Source of the DNA: Giardia intestinalis
Taxonomy: Eukaryota
Assembly (NCBI GenBank): GCA_000002435.2
Contig: CM018792.1
Direction: 5' to 3' (one strand)
DNA length: 64,000 bases
Below the pieces are notes generated by a model. It was given only the letters and a program-made list of their open reading frames with translations. It was not told the origin of the DNA and did not search any database. A program made the translations under genes and the position numbers. Positions within the stretch are counted from its first letter, which is position 1; every line of letters begins with the position of its first letter. Positions 20,254 through 30,697 of the stretch are shown one piece after another.

Positions 20254-23067
20254 TCACTTCTTAACGACGCGTACCTGAGAGTTCTCCACAGCAGACGATC
20301 CCAGCTCAGGTGCATGGGCTGACACAGGGTAACGAGGGATAACGGTTTCACCCAGAAATGTAACTGTATCAAAGGACGCACGAATCTCTTGGCTAAGCAA
20401 GCCATAGACTGCAGGGCTTGGAATCTTGATGTCCACCTTCACGACCATCTGGTCCCAATCAAGGTCATCTCCGCCTCGCAGGTATGTAACATATCGTATG
20501 GTAGAGTAGTATTTCAAGGCAATCTTGCTGAGCTTTGCAAGGCTGCCATATGTGTCTGCCTGTCTGATCTCAACGCTGAGCATCCTCCCTAGAGCAATGA
20601 GTCCGTAGTTATAGATCTGTCTGACTCTAGTGAGGTCGATATTGCCACCACACAGAACGACAGCTATGTTCTCACGCTCAGCAAGGGTCAGCTTGTCATA
20701 CATCAGGGCCGCAATACCCATTGCTCCGGCGCCCTCGCAGAGCGTCCCTGTCGTGATAAGAGCATGAACAACCGCACTGGCGATCTCGTTCTCAGTCACC
20801 GAAATGAACTCGTCAACGTAGTTCTTGAGGACATCGTTGTGGATTCCTCCAAGAACCTTGACATTGCAGCCATCTGCTATTGTTCCAGCCGTTTTGTCAA
20901 CAGGGACAAGCTGGCCACTCTCTTTGTAGTTGCGGAGAGGAAACACCTTCTCTGCTTGGATCCCTGTGATCTTGATATTTGGATTGACTCTCTTAGCGTA
21001 AAGGGAGATTCCTGAAATCATACCGCCTCCTCCAATATTGACCAGGATGCGGTCAATGGAGGAAACGTGCCCTTGCCCGACCATCTTGTTCATCAGTTCG
21101 TGAGCAATTGTTCCTTGGCCCTCAATGACGTCGAACGAGTTATAGGGCGGGATAAACATCCAGCCGCGCTTCTCACAGAGTTCCTGGGAATACTTGCTTG
21201 CCTCATCGAAGACAGCACCGTGCTTAATCACTTCGGCGTTGTATCGCTTTGTGTTAACCAATTTGACAGTCGGAGCCGTCTCAGGGCAAACTATTGTGCA
21301 GCGAATACCCAACAAGTCACTTGTCTTGCTGACTCCCTGGGCGTGGTTTCCTGCAGAGCATGCCACAACCCCAGAGATCTCAGTATTATTGCTCTCGGCC
21401 CACTCCTTGCTCTTAATGAGCATATTGCTCGCCCCGCGGATCTTAAACGAGCCCGTCTGCTGAACATTTTCAAACTGGAGAATAACGGTGTGGTCAACGC
21501 CTGTCTTCTTCTGCAAAATATTGCTGTACGCCTTGGAGATGATGCAGGGGGTCTCGTGTATGGCTTTAGCTGCCTGAAGCTTGTTGTAAGCAAGCTCAAT
21601 AGTTGCCGGCGTTATCTCATCACACGACTTGATGGGGGAAACATATGTTCTGATGGGCTCGCCACTGGACGAAGCTCCCTCATTGAACTCCTCATAGGAG
21701 ACATCGCGCAGCCCCTCCTCCTTTATATTGTACTTAGGGATCGCCAACCCCAGGATGTTCTCATCACCGAAGACCTCGGACAACTCATTGTACAAAGAAA
21801 CTAAGTGCTGGTAGCCAGGGCCCGAGGCCTTGATAGAGACCTGCTGGTGTTGTATAGTCTTTACGTGAAAGCTAAGAATATTAATCGAGTGCTTGGAGAG
21901 GATATCTGTCAAACGGGTCATGAGATTCCCATCAAGTGTGTTGAGCTTGACAACGAAGTTCATGAGCTCTCCAGACTGGATTAGGGCATGCATCAAGGAG
22001 TATTCAATATTTGATGCAATGTCTATTTCCTCAAGAGAGGCAGAGACCGCCCCTGTGATGAAGCATAGTACGTTTGGTGTCGGGTTAAATCTTCTGAAAC
22101 CGGTCGTTCGCAGAAGCAGGGCTGTGAATGCCTCCACGTGGACATTTGTGCTGATGCAGTGAGTGGTAGACAGGAACTTGTAAAAACCTAGATGAACCAT
22201 GTCCTGGTCAACAAGCGCTGTGCTATATGGGAAGCCGCGAAGCTCTTCCTGGGACACGGAGTTGACGAGCTCGTTGTACTGATTCTCAATGAGTTTCTTG
22301 AAGTACTTAACCGTATCTATCTCATTGTAGAGGGCATCGAACGCGGCTTTGACAATAGGGTGCGTCTCACCAAAGATGCAATTGGCAAAGAACTGCTCGT
22401 GGGTAACACTGTCGCGCACAGTTTGGACCCATACGTGTGGATCCATTGCAGGGATGTGCTTAAGGTGCACGAGAGTGAGATCGCCACTGAATGCGATCTT
22501 CTTGTAATACTCAAGGCAGTACGTTGCAAAGTCGTTTCTGCGATAGAGCATGACGTTCTGAGGGATCACTACTTGGTGAACTATGTCTACCTCGTTGGCC
22601 ATCTGCGCATGCGTTGCATCAAGCATAAGCCATATGGCCTCACGGAAGTGGTCACTTATGTGAACAACCTTTTCCACCACGATATCTGCGACATAGTTGT
22701 CCAGATCAGCTCCGAGCTCGTGACATGCATAGGCGACAAACGCATATGCAAAGTTGGTGAGCAGGCCCGGGGCAAACTGAACACTTATTCTATAGTGAAG
22801 GCTGGCGGCTGCACCAACGAGCGGTATCAGCAAAGGAAAAGCCTTGTAGTTAGTCACCTTGAAACATATGCTCTTACTCTTGTCCCACCCTGTAATCTTT
22901 CCAATTGAGTATGCATAGCAACGATAAGCAATATCCATGTTGCTGCTCATATTCTCCATCTTTAGGTACACTTTGCAGCCCATGTCTCTATCCAGGAGCG
23001 GGAAGTTGTAAACAGGAGGCTCCCCCATGTTGAGGAAAGAGAGGAACTCCTGCATGGTGATAGTCAT
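20254..23067 (-). CDS. threonine/serine dehydratase (PLP-dependent, with C-terminal regulatory domain) carrying a ~480-aa N-terminal extension of unknown function
   Basis: Single 937-aa ORF with ATG at 23065-23067. C-terminal half contains TGSFKIRGA (PLP lysine motif), ACSAGNHAQGV (SAGNHAQG signature of IlvA/TdcB), GGGG(M)ISG glycine loop, and a following ~100-aa tail consistent with a regulatory domain. Alignable by eye to E. coli IlvA over ~430 aa. The N-terminal ~480 aa has no motif I recognise. Confidence 0.75.
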   Translation of the reverse strand: MTITMQEFLSFLNMGEPPVYNFPLLDRDMGCKVYLKMENMSSNMDIAYRCYAYSIGKITGWDKSKSICFKVTNYKAFPLLIPLVGAAASLHYRISVQFAPGLLTNFAYAFVAYACHELGADLDNYVADIVVEKVVHISDHFREAIWLMLDATHAQMANEVDIVHQVVIPQNVMLYRRNDFATYCLEYYKKIAFSGDLTLVHLKHIPAMDPHVWVQTVRDSVTHEQFFANCIFGETHPIVKAAFDALYNEIDTVKYFKKLIENQYNELVNSVSQEELRGFPYSTALVDQDMVHLGFYKFLSTTHCISTNVHVEAFTALLLRTTGFRRFNPTPNVLCFITGAVSASLEEIDIASNIEYSLMHALIQSGELMNFVVKLNTLDGNLMTRLTDILSKHSINILSFHVKTIQHQQVSIKASGPGYQHLVSLYNELSEVFGDENILGLAIPKYNIKEEGLRDVSYEEFNEGASSSGEPIRTYVSPIKSCDEITPATIELAYNKLQAAKAIHETPCIISKAYSNILQKKTGVDHTVILQFENVQQTGSFKIRGASNMLIKSKEWAESNNTEISGVVACSAGNHAQGVSKTSDLLGIRCTIVCPETAPTVKLVNTKRYNAEVIKHGAVFDEASKYSQELCEKRGWMFIPPYNSFDVIEGQGTIAHELMNKMVGQGHVSSIDRILVNIGGGGMISGISLYAKRVNPNIKITGIQAEKVFPLRNYKESGQLVPVDKTAGTIADGCNVKVLGGIHNDVLKNYVDEFISVTENEIASAVVHALITTGTLCEGAGAMGIAALMYDKLTLAERENIAVVLCGGNIDLTRVRQIYNYGLIALGRMLSVEIRQADTYGSLAKLSKIALKYYSTIRYVTYLRGGDDLDWDQMVVKVDIKIPSPAVYGLLSQEIRASFDTVTFLGETVIPRYPVSAHAPELGSSAVENSQVRVVKK

Positions 23068-23343
23068 TAGTTTAAAAATAGCAATCTGAAAATTATTGAC
23101 TGCTTTTTTGAAAATAAGCGTCTAAAGGGCGAGCAGATCGGCGATACAAAGAGCGGTTAAAACACAGCGACGCAGCGACACAGAGAATCCTGTCAAGGAC
23201 AAGGCGGCTCTGCAAGAGCTGTGGAAACCTTCGAGTGCCCCTTCAAATGTATGGGAATAAGTCTGGAAATATGAAAAGTGAAAAGTTGGCCAAAAGCTAC
23301 TGAAAATCCAAAAATCTGCTGCATCTTCGCTGGGTAGAAGTGG

Positions 23344-25209
23344 ATGCAAACAAACCTTTCTCAGTCGTCGAGGGTTAGATTTGCAGAGCAGTACAACGAC
23401 GAGATTGAAGAGTGCAGAGAGGAGAAGCAAATAGAACAAAGTGAGGCCTCACGAGGAACGGAGTCCGAGTCGATCGCAGCTACATTTCGCATCACTGTAG
23501 GAAGAGACACCGAGCCACTGACAGATGACAAACCAGAGAAATCCGAAAACAGCGCGTATGGGAAGCTTTTACGCGCGCTTTGTGACAATGCCCCGCTCTC
23601 TGAGTCTGGACACAGCGCAACCGATCGTGAGTGTGTTTCAACTCTGATCGGTGGGATTATTCCCGAGATAGAAGGAATGGTGTTCGTCAGAACTCTCGAC
23701 GAATTCTTATCCCAGTTTTCGGTCATTGGAGACGCGACTAAGAAGGTGGCTGCGTTAGCATCAGAGATGGAATCTAAGCAAGTACTTATCCCACCTAGCC
23801 CGCTGGAGCTGTTGCACAACATGAATGTCAATTATGAGGAAAATAAGGTCTATGTGAAGCCCTCCAATCTCATGGAAAATTCAGTTATCAACCAGTCAAT
23901 TTCTGTGCTCAACAAGTCTGGCCTTATGGCCCCAAAATCGTCGTCTTCTAAGGGAGATCACGTGCCGAAAGTCAACTTCTTAGCCAGTGCAGATCTTTCC
24001 TGTTACACTAAGATTCTTGCGGACCTTGTCTCCAGGTACGGGTCTCAAACGGGATACAAGCCCATTCTTCCCCCGAGAATGAAGGCTGAGGCCGTTGTGG
24101 AGATGGCAGCCATGATAGAGAAGCTCATTCCCCGCGAAGCCATGGGGATGACCCTCCTGGTCACCGATGTTGAGAAGATGTTCACTACCCTACGCATATT
24201 ACCTCGATATGTTAAGCAAACAGATATCGCACCCCTCTTCAAGAAGGCCGTAGCAGTGCAGCAGAAGGTTCTTCTAGGCTATCCCATATATGCTCCAGAA
24301 AGCAAGATGTTTGCTCTGTACAAGGCCCAAAACATCTCTGAAGGAAGTGCCCGTATGCGCACAGCAATGAACATCACTAGGATATGCTATATAGGCTTTG
24401 TGTACCTACTATACTATCTGGCCGAGGACATATTCAACCGTACGCACAAGCTGAGTAACCGTGCGGACATTTTACAGGGGCAGCTATCGGCCCCGGGGAC
24501 CTATGATGTCCATGAGGCAGCAGAACAGCTTATGTCGAAGCAGCTGAAAGCGAAAAGAAAAGCAATGGCCACTCAGTCAAATGCACCTGACGAGCAAGAC
24601 GGAGCCGCGAGCTTTTCGCACTCTAATACTAGTGAGTTAACCAAGTCATCTCGGTGCGACGTAGAAGACATAGAACATCCCTACGAGCGGTTCAGAGCCC
24701 CAGACAACATTGTTGAGCTAGAGGTCTTTAGACCAGCGGCCTATCTTTGGCGCTGCATTTATATCTTCGCAAGTCTGCTGGACAGAGAGCTCTCCTCTCC
24801 AGATATTGGCTTTGGCCTGGCAATACCTCGTCCTCGCTTGACTCCAAACCTCCGCGAATATCCAGAGTGCATTCGCGTGATGACCCGGCACGTTCCCATC
24901 ATAAAGAAAGCATACACCAACTACTGTCTCAACAGCCCTGTTCTCAGCTGCCAAGGTCTCTTACAGCTTTTAAAGTGTGCCAAGATCAACCACATCATCA
25001 CTTATAAATTTGCGTTTGAAGTGGTGATGCGGAACTACTCCAAAATTGACAAAGAGACATATATCCCTGGCTTGACTATAGAGGAGTTCCTGGTTGCCCT
25101 TTTTGTCTGTGCGAACTATGCATACTCTAAAGAGCCTATTGTCCAGACTCTTCAGACTCCGGAAATGCGCGTGGAGCACCTTATCCTGCAACTCTCTGGG
25201 AAAAGCTAA
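23344..25209 (+). CDS. hypothetical protein, 621 aa
   Basis: Long ORF with ATG start, Giardia-like codon usage. No recognisable motif. Acidic N-terminus. Confidence 0.45.
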   Translation: MQTNLSQSSRVRFAEQYNDEIEECREEKQIEQSEASRGTESESIAATFRITVGRDTEPLTDDKPEKSENSAYGKLLRALCDNAPLSESGHSATDRECVSTLIGGIIPEIEGMVFVRTLDEFLSQFSVIGDATKKVAALASEMESKQVLIPPSPLELLHNMNVNYEENKVYVKPSNLMENSVINQSISVLNKSGLMAPKSSSSKGDHVPKVNFLASADLSCYTKILADLVSRYGSQTGYKPILPPRMKAEAVVEMAAMIEKLIPREAMGMTLLVTDVEKMFTTLRILPRYVKQTDIAPLFKKAVAVQQKVLLGYPIYAPESKMFALYKAQNISEGSARMRTAMNITRICYIGFVYLLYYLAEDIFNRTHKLSNRADILQGQLSAPGTYDVHEAAEQLMSKQLKAKRKAMATQSNAPDEQDGAASFSHSNTSELTKSSRCDVEDIEHPYERFRAPDNIVELEVFRPAAYLWRCIYIFASLLDRELSSPDIGFGLAIPRPRLTPNLREYPECIRVMTRHVPIIKKAYTNYCLNSPVLSCQGLLQLLKCAKINHIITYKFAFEVVMRNYSKIDKETYIPGLTIEEFLVALFVCANYAYSKEPIVQTLQTPEMRVEHLILQLSGKS

Positions 25210-25741
25210 GTAACACACTGATAGTAAAGAGCCAAAGTTTATTAGTTCTGCTCCCTTCCCTCTTGTTATACTATGTCCAACAATTCACAGTGGTGAGGGA
25301 GCGGGCTCACTGCCACATACAATCTTGAACAATCTTTGACTAGCAAATTTGTTAAAATTATAAAAGCCTAAATTTAAAATGAGGGTAGAATACTCGATTA
25401 CCAACAAAGAACAGGCAGAGCTTTAACCAAGCATATGTTCAGAAGTTGGTTGCTCACCCTTCTGATTCTACTAAGAAAGAACTTCAGGAAAAGACTATTC
25501 TCATGTATCCAATGAAGGCAGATAATGGGGATATTGCTAATGTTCTTATGAATCAAGGAAAGGGACTGACAAGTAAGCATGGGAGAATCGTTCTTTAGAG
25601 TTACACAAGATTGCCTGATTGTACTGATCAGTCCAGACAAACCCTTGAAATACTGATTCTTATGTTAAAAGCTACGGAGCGAGGGACAGGGGCCCTTCAT
25701 CCGGGCAACAACGCGGTCCCGTGAGAGAAGCAATCCAGAAA

Positions 25742-25748
25742 GATTCAC
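25742..25748 (-). terminator. candidate poly(A) signal AGTGAAT (minus strand) for EF1-gamma
   Basis: Reverse complement of plus-strand gattcact gives AGTGAAT within ~10 nt 3' of the EF1-gamma stop. Coordinates approximate (+/-2). Confidence 0.3.
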
Positions 25749-25752
25749 TCAC

Positions 25753-26961
25753 CTAGTGCCAAGTCTCCCCATCGATGGTTTTCCCATAGACCTGACCATT
25801 GTGGACGATGTCGGTCTCCTCGTTCCAGTACCAGACGTCCACAAGGAGCTTCTTGTCTTCCTCGTTGTCGAGGTCGAGCTTCGTGAACTCAAAGCTTGCC
25901 GACCCGCCGCACTCGGTGATCTCCGCTGGAACCGTGTCCAGAGGGAAGAGGAATACGCCAATGATGTTGATGCGCTTGTCATCGGTGCCCGTGACAAGGA
26001 CGTTGCCGAAGGTGTGTCTATCTGCCTTCTCGCCCCTGAGGCGCTGGAGCCAAACCGTGATGAGGTTCTTGACTTTCCAGTCCTCTTCCAACTTCGATGG
26101 ATCGTAGTACGTGCACTTCCAAAGACTATACTCCTTCGGGTCGTAGTGCTCGAAGAAGTACGGCTCCCACTTCTCCTTGTTGTCCCAGTCGAGGTTCTTG
26201 TAGTGCTTCTTCCAAGCATACATGTCGAACTTCAGAGCTGCATACGGGTCTTCTTTCTTCGGGGCAGCAGGGGCCTCCTGCGCATCCTCCTCCGACTTGG
26301 CTTTCTTGCCGGCATCGTGGCAGGACCCAGGAGGCGGGAGAGCCTTAGCTTCTTCGGGACTCTTCGGAATAGAATGGCTAGCGTGGTTGAGTTTTGGAAC
26401 GACTGACGAGACGCCAGAGAGGGCCTGCACGGTATTGAGCCACCTGGTCAGGTTGACAAATGCACTGACTTCTTCCTTGGTAAATACTGCCCCATAAACC
26501 GGGACGAGGGCTCCGAACATAGCAAAGTCTGCGATAGTCGGCCTTTCGGTGACTAGGAAAGTGCGGGTCAGGAAGTAATTATTGATGCATGTCAGGTTCT
26601 GCTTGACCATTTCGAGAGCCCTGGCATGTGCCTTGGCGTTGTAGCCGGGGATGTTTGAGGGACAATAGACCGTCGCCACCAGTCCGGCACAAAGGTACTG
26701 GATGCGGGCAGCCGCGGCCACGAACTGGTCGACGCGCGCTTCCTCCTCGGGTGTCACACCACAGAGGCTGGCGACCTTGCCGTACTTGCGAGCAAGATAC
26801 TTCAGCATACCAGCAATCTGCTTGACCTGGAAGTCCTTAGTGATGAGAGTAGGGACGTTACAGCCACAGGGGGTCTTCTCTGCGGTCTCAAACTTACAAC
26901 CGAGGTACGCCGCAAAGGCGCGGGGGCCGACCGTGCTGCACTGACTGCCTGTGATCTGCAT
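25753..26961 (-). CDS. translation elongation factor 1-gamma
   Basis: GST-like N-terminal domain. Conserved EF1G C-terminal domain (KFDMYAWKKHY, SLWKCTYYDP, WLQRLRGEKADRHTFGNVLVTG, GVFLFPL, acidic-Lys-rich linker). 402 aa. Confidence 0.8.
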   Translation of the reverse strand: MQITGSQCSTVGPRAFAAYLGCKFETAEKTPCGCNVPTLITKDFQVKQIAGMLKYLARKYGKVASLCGVTPEEEARVDQFVAAAARIQYLCAGLVATVYCPSNIPGYNAKAHARALEMVKQNLTCINNYFLTRTFLVTERPTIADFAMFGALVPVYGAVFTKEEVSAFVNLTRWLNTVQALSGVSSVVPKLNHASHSIPKSPEEAKALPPPGSCHDAGKKAKSEEDAQEAPAAPKKEDPYAALKFDMYAWKKHYKNLDWDNKEKWEPYFFEHYDPKEYSLWKCTYYDPSKLEEDWKVKNLITVWLQRLRGEKADRHTFGNVLVTGTDDKRINIIGVFLFPLDTVPAEITECGGSASFEFTKLDLDNEEDKKLLVDVWYWNEETDIVHNGQVYGKTIDGETWH

Positions 26962-27031
26962 TTATTTGAGTTGTTTAAGATCATTGAAATCAGATTTAAA
27001 TTAGTTTCATAAAGCGTTGCTTGGGAAGGGG

Positions 27032-27919
27032 CTAAATCTGCATCCTTCGCAAGTACACTCTACACCGGTCTATCTCTCTTGCCAATTTATCTCTGGCCTC
27101 GGTAAGGTCCTGCACCTGCTGAAGTAGAAACTCGGCCTCTCCGTCCCCATACTTCCCCTGAGCCAATTTTCGAATTAGCTCGGTCTCCGCTGACGCCCCG
27201 CGAACACTTTCTTCCAAGCTTTGCAGATTGATCTGAAGCTGCATATTGTGCCTTAGTAACTCCTCCAATTCAGAAGATAGGTTCTCACAGTGGCTTTCTT
27301 TGGCTGTCAACCTCGCTTCTTTGGCTGCCAGTTCATCTGTTAGGGTGCTGATTTGGTCTAGTAAATCTTGTCGGGTTCTGTCCGCAGCTTCGCAGCTGGC
27401 GGTATTCCTCTCTATCTCTGCCTCTATCGCACGTATTTCACATTGCAAGCTGCTGCACGGAGTGTCTACTGCCGTTAAAGTAAGCTCGCTGAGCTCTTCA
27501 ACCATGCTCCGATATAAACCTTCAATCTCTGTGGCCTGGCGCGTATGCTCTGCAATGAATGCCATGATATGCTCGGCACATGTATGAATTCTGTTGCTCA
27601 CTAAGGCCTCCTCCGCCTGCGTAAGGAGACTCTCAAGATGGCTAACATCAATCTGTGGTGTACGCTTTAGGGCCTCCGTTGCAAACTCTTCAGTGAACAC
27701 CCGATGGATGGCCAGCTGCTCTGCAGCTGGACGTTGTTCGTGCAGACTTCCACTAAGACGCATTGAAACAGCAAGCTCTTCCACCGGGCTTTTAACGATC
27801 TGTCCCCGTTCTTGCAATTTACGCTCTATGTCATGAATGTCGTTCATCAGGCGCCGCTCAAGCTCTTCCACTGCGGCCGTCTGTGTCAGCTCGACGTCTG
27901 GCGGTAGCGAGTGAAACAT
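27032..27919 (-). CDS. coiled-coil hypothetical protein (~295 aa from first ATG)
   Basis: ORF track start 27955 is a GTG. First in-frame ATG is at 27917-27919 (MFHSLPPDVE...). Heptad-rich sequence (LEELLRHNMQLQINLQSLEE...). Confidence 0.45.
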   Translation of the reverse strand: MFHSLPPDVELTQTAAVEELERRLMNDIHDIERKLQERGQIVKSPVEELAVSMRLSGSLHEQRPAAEQLAIHRVFTEEFATEALKRTPQIDVSHLESLLTQAEEALVSNRIHTCAEHIMAFIAEHTRQATEIEGLYRSMVEELSELTLTAVDTPCSSLQCEIRAIEAEIERNTASCEAADRTRQDLLDQISTLTDELAAKEARLTAKESHCENLSSELEELLRHNMQLQINLQSLEESVRGASAETELIRKLAQGKYGDGEAEFLLQQVQDLTEARDKLAREIDRCRVYLRRMQI

Positions 27920-27944
27920 TTTTGGCAAGCAATGCGTGCCAGAT

Positions 27945-30599
27945 TTATTCGTCACTGTGCTTCGTCATCTCGCTTATCGCGCTTATATCGCTAAGACTTG
28001 GAAATGCTTGCGCCAGATCCTGTATCTTGTTTCTATACTGTTGAAGGGGCGATGCCTCTGAAACGGGCAGGGCTGCACTGATCTCAAGAGCGGTCAACCT
28101 CTGAACCGAAGCTTTTTTGCTACTGACCTCAGAATCCCGCTCACGATCAGCAGATGAACGTAGTTCGGAAATGTCTGGCAAGTGCTGCATGGGCATGGTA
28201 AGAAATTGGCTACTACTTTCGTCAACTAAGCCTTTCTGGCTTACACCCGGAAGAAGTGCCTTTGCAGAGGGCCGTTCTCGAGTATTGGCTCGCTCCAAAA
28301 GCGAGCTTTCTGTCGCATTTGTAAGCGCTAAGGCCTCCAGTGCCGAAAGGTTCTCTATTGTTGCCTTAGGAGCTGTAGAAGGAATAATACGAGGAGGATG
28401 CCGTACGCTCAATGCTTGAGGCGCTTCAGGTGTAATATTGAAGACGACAGAGTCGTTATCATTGACCTTTACTTTCTCTGACGTTTGCTGAGTCGTTCGT
28501 TGAATTTCCGAAGGAGAGCTAATAGAGGCTCCGATGTGCGTTGCAGATGGTAGGCTTACACTACATGCGTTAGTAGGCTGGTCTTCGATTACAATTACGG
28601 ACAGTGGGGCAGGCTCTGGATTCAAGACAGATTCATGCTTGTGTGTGCTGGTAGTAGATAGCGTATCACTTATTTCATAGATGCTATTAGGCAAATCCAA
28701 CTGCACTTGAGTGTGTGAGGCATCGTTTTCAGATAGGCCAGGCGAGAGCCCGTGTCCATGGCCCATGTACACCGCTGAATAAGTGCCGGATGAAGTGGTC
28801 GCAGCGCTGCCGTAGCGCTTGCCTGTGGCCGTGGGCTGCTGGTCCTTGCTGGGCTGTTGAACATCGGTGCAGTTCTCGTAGTACCGTGATACGTGACCCC
28901 TCGTTGCCTCATAGAGCATGTCTGCCGGCGTAATCTCTCTATATTCACGATAGTTGCGAAAGTATTTGAGGTAATGCTCCCGTGTAGCTTCCACACGAAG
29001 AATGTTAGCATCTTTTGTGTTGTGGCTGAACAAAACTTTTGGTATCTTTTGACTTAAAAGGGTGTTGAAGCGATGCCTCTGCCGCAGTATTAGTTCGTTC
29101 TGCATATTTATGATCAAGTCCGTCCGAAGCTCTTCTGCTCTATTCGAAAAGGCCTTGGGAACCTGTGCGTCGTGCACGCTATTGAAATTGCCTTGAAATG
29201 TAGACTTTATATATGGATTTGTGAAATTTATCGCGTATAGTCCGGAGCGATGCTGGCAGACCATCTCAAGCCCGTTGATGAGAAGATTGTGTGTGTTTGG
29301 CAGGAACACAGCCATCTGCAATGCATATTCTGCAGACAAATTATTAATTGTTTCAATCTTTATGCTCTCTATGTCTGCATGAAAATCCTCGTCGAGAAGG
29401 GTGCCAAGCCGCATGTTATCGTCGATCTGCTCGTCCATAGTCCGCTCTTTGTGACAGAGGTTGTCGGAAGTTGAGCTTCCATTAGGATCCTGGTTCTCTG
29501 AGGTACCTTGCAACAGACCTTCAGCTTCCTTGGCTTGCTTTGAAAGCTGATTCTTTAGGATTGAATGAGAGCATATCTGACATAGTGGAATAAAGTCCTC
29601 TTCCTTGAGGATTTCCTGTTCAATGGTCTTATATCTGCTAACTACGATGTCAACGATGTGGTTTAGCTGGGATTCTTCCTCACATAAATCCTTCTGATCG
29701 GTGCCAATCAGTATTCGTGTCTCGTCCGAGTCTTCGTTTTCTTCTTGGACAAAGTCTGATATGTTGTATCTAATATCGACATTGGCGCGGTCCAAGATCG
29801 TCGAGAGAACATGGCTTTGAAGTCTTGTCTGAAGCTTGACATCTTTAGTACTTGGCCTACTGTCTCCGATGCTCTTTTCAAATTTATCTCCTAACTTGAG
29901 GTCGTACTCACGGATAGTCTTTTCAGCATACTGCTTAGCCTGTTCGATCTGGGCAATGTGCTGCCGCAGCGACTTGATATGGTTGTCCTTGAGAGTGCAC
30001 TGCTCCTCGAGGGATGATATGTGAGAGTATGCGGACATTATCTCGTTCTTATTTTCAGTGAGCTTATCTAACAGCTTGTTGAGCACTCTATTATCGTAGG
30101 CCAAGGAGGTAATAGAGTCTCTCAGCTCGTCCTCGAAGCAGATCCTTTGCTCCAACCGTGAATTGCTTGCTTCAGACGGCACGTTGTGTGGATGACTGTC
30201 TGTGGTATATTGCTTACTCAGGGTGTCGTGTGCTTTGCCCGGATGCTCAATATGCCTCAGAGGGCCTACTGGCATATCCTGATCACTGTCAGGAAGATGA
30301 TAGGCATCTGTGTGGTGAGTAGTTAACAGCATCGGCTTAGCTGAACTGTCACCAGCCATGTGATGTGCAAAGGCAGAAAGGACGCGATTGTGCCTCCGCT
30401 CTCGACTTTGTGGAATATTGTGAGTAACTTGGCCTATGTTCTGTTGTGCTTGGACAGCAAGGGTCCCGAACGAGTGTTGGTAGAGAGGGACTCCGTCCTC
30501 GTTCACCGTAACCAGTTGTTGGCTAGCCGAGGCTCCACGGCGGCCCCTGGTCCCTGGGAAGTTGTCACATAGATTAACCCCATGCTGATTCTTTCTCAT
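27945..30599 (-). CDS. hypothetical protein, 884 aa, central coiled coil and Ser/Thr-rich C-terminus
   Basis: ATG at 30597-30599. Long ORF, no recognisable catalytic motif. Confidence 0.5.
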   Translation of the reverse strand: MRKNQHGVNLCDNFPGTRGRRGASASQQLVTVNEDGVPLYQHSFGTLAVQAQQNIGQVTHNIPQSRERRHNRVLSAFAHHMAGDSSAKPMLLTTHHTDAYHLPDSDQDMPVGPLRHIEHPGKAHDTLSKQYTTDSHPHNVPSEASNSRLEQRICFEDELRDSITSLAYDNRVLNKLLDKLTENKNEIMSAYSHISSLEEQCTLKDNHIKSLRQHIAQIEQAKQYAEKTIREYDLKLGDKFEKSIGDSRPSTKDVKLQTRLQSHVLSTILDRANVDIRYNISDFVQEENEDSDETRILIGTDQKDLCEEESQLNHIVDIVVSRYKTIEQEILKEEDFIPLCQICSHSILKNQLSKQAKEAEGLLQGTSENQDPNGSSTSDNLCHKERTMDEQIDDNMRLGTLLDEDFHADIESIKIETINNLSAEYALQMAVFLPNTHNLLINGLEMVCQHRSGLYAINFTNPYIKSTFQGNFNSVHDAQVPKAFSNRAEELRTDLIINMQNELILRQRHRFNTLLSQKIPKVLFSHNTKDANILRVEATREHYLKYFRNYREYREITPADMLYEATRGHVSRYYENCTDVQQPSKDQQPTATGKRYGSAATTSSGTYSAVYMGHGHGLSPGLSENDASHTQVQLDLPNSIYEISDTLSTTSTHKHESVLNPEPAPLSVIVIEDQPTNACSVSLPSATHIGASISSPSEIQRTTQQTSEKVKVNDNDSVVFNITPEAPQALSVRHPPRIIPSTAPKATIENLSALEALALTNATESSLLERANTRERPSAKALLPGVSQKGLVDESSSQFLTMPMQHLPDISELRSSADRERDSEVSSKKASVQRLTALEISAALPVSEASPLQQYRNKIQDLAQAFPSLSDISAISEMTKHSDE

Positions 30600-30697
30600 T
30601 TGCAGATACCAAAAGAGGTTTTACTAAAAGGAGATTTGTGAATCTAATTAGAAGATTTAATTGGAGCATGCTAGGGGAGACCAGCCTGTCTCCTGTC

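Noticed and set aside
25207-25225. AGTAACACACTGA resembling the Giardia intron 3' motif (ACTAACACACAG)
   Set aside because: Two mismatches, no upstream GTATGT 5' splice site in frame, and it lies immediately after a stop codon. More likely 3' UTR.
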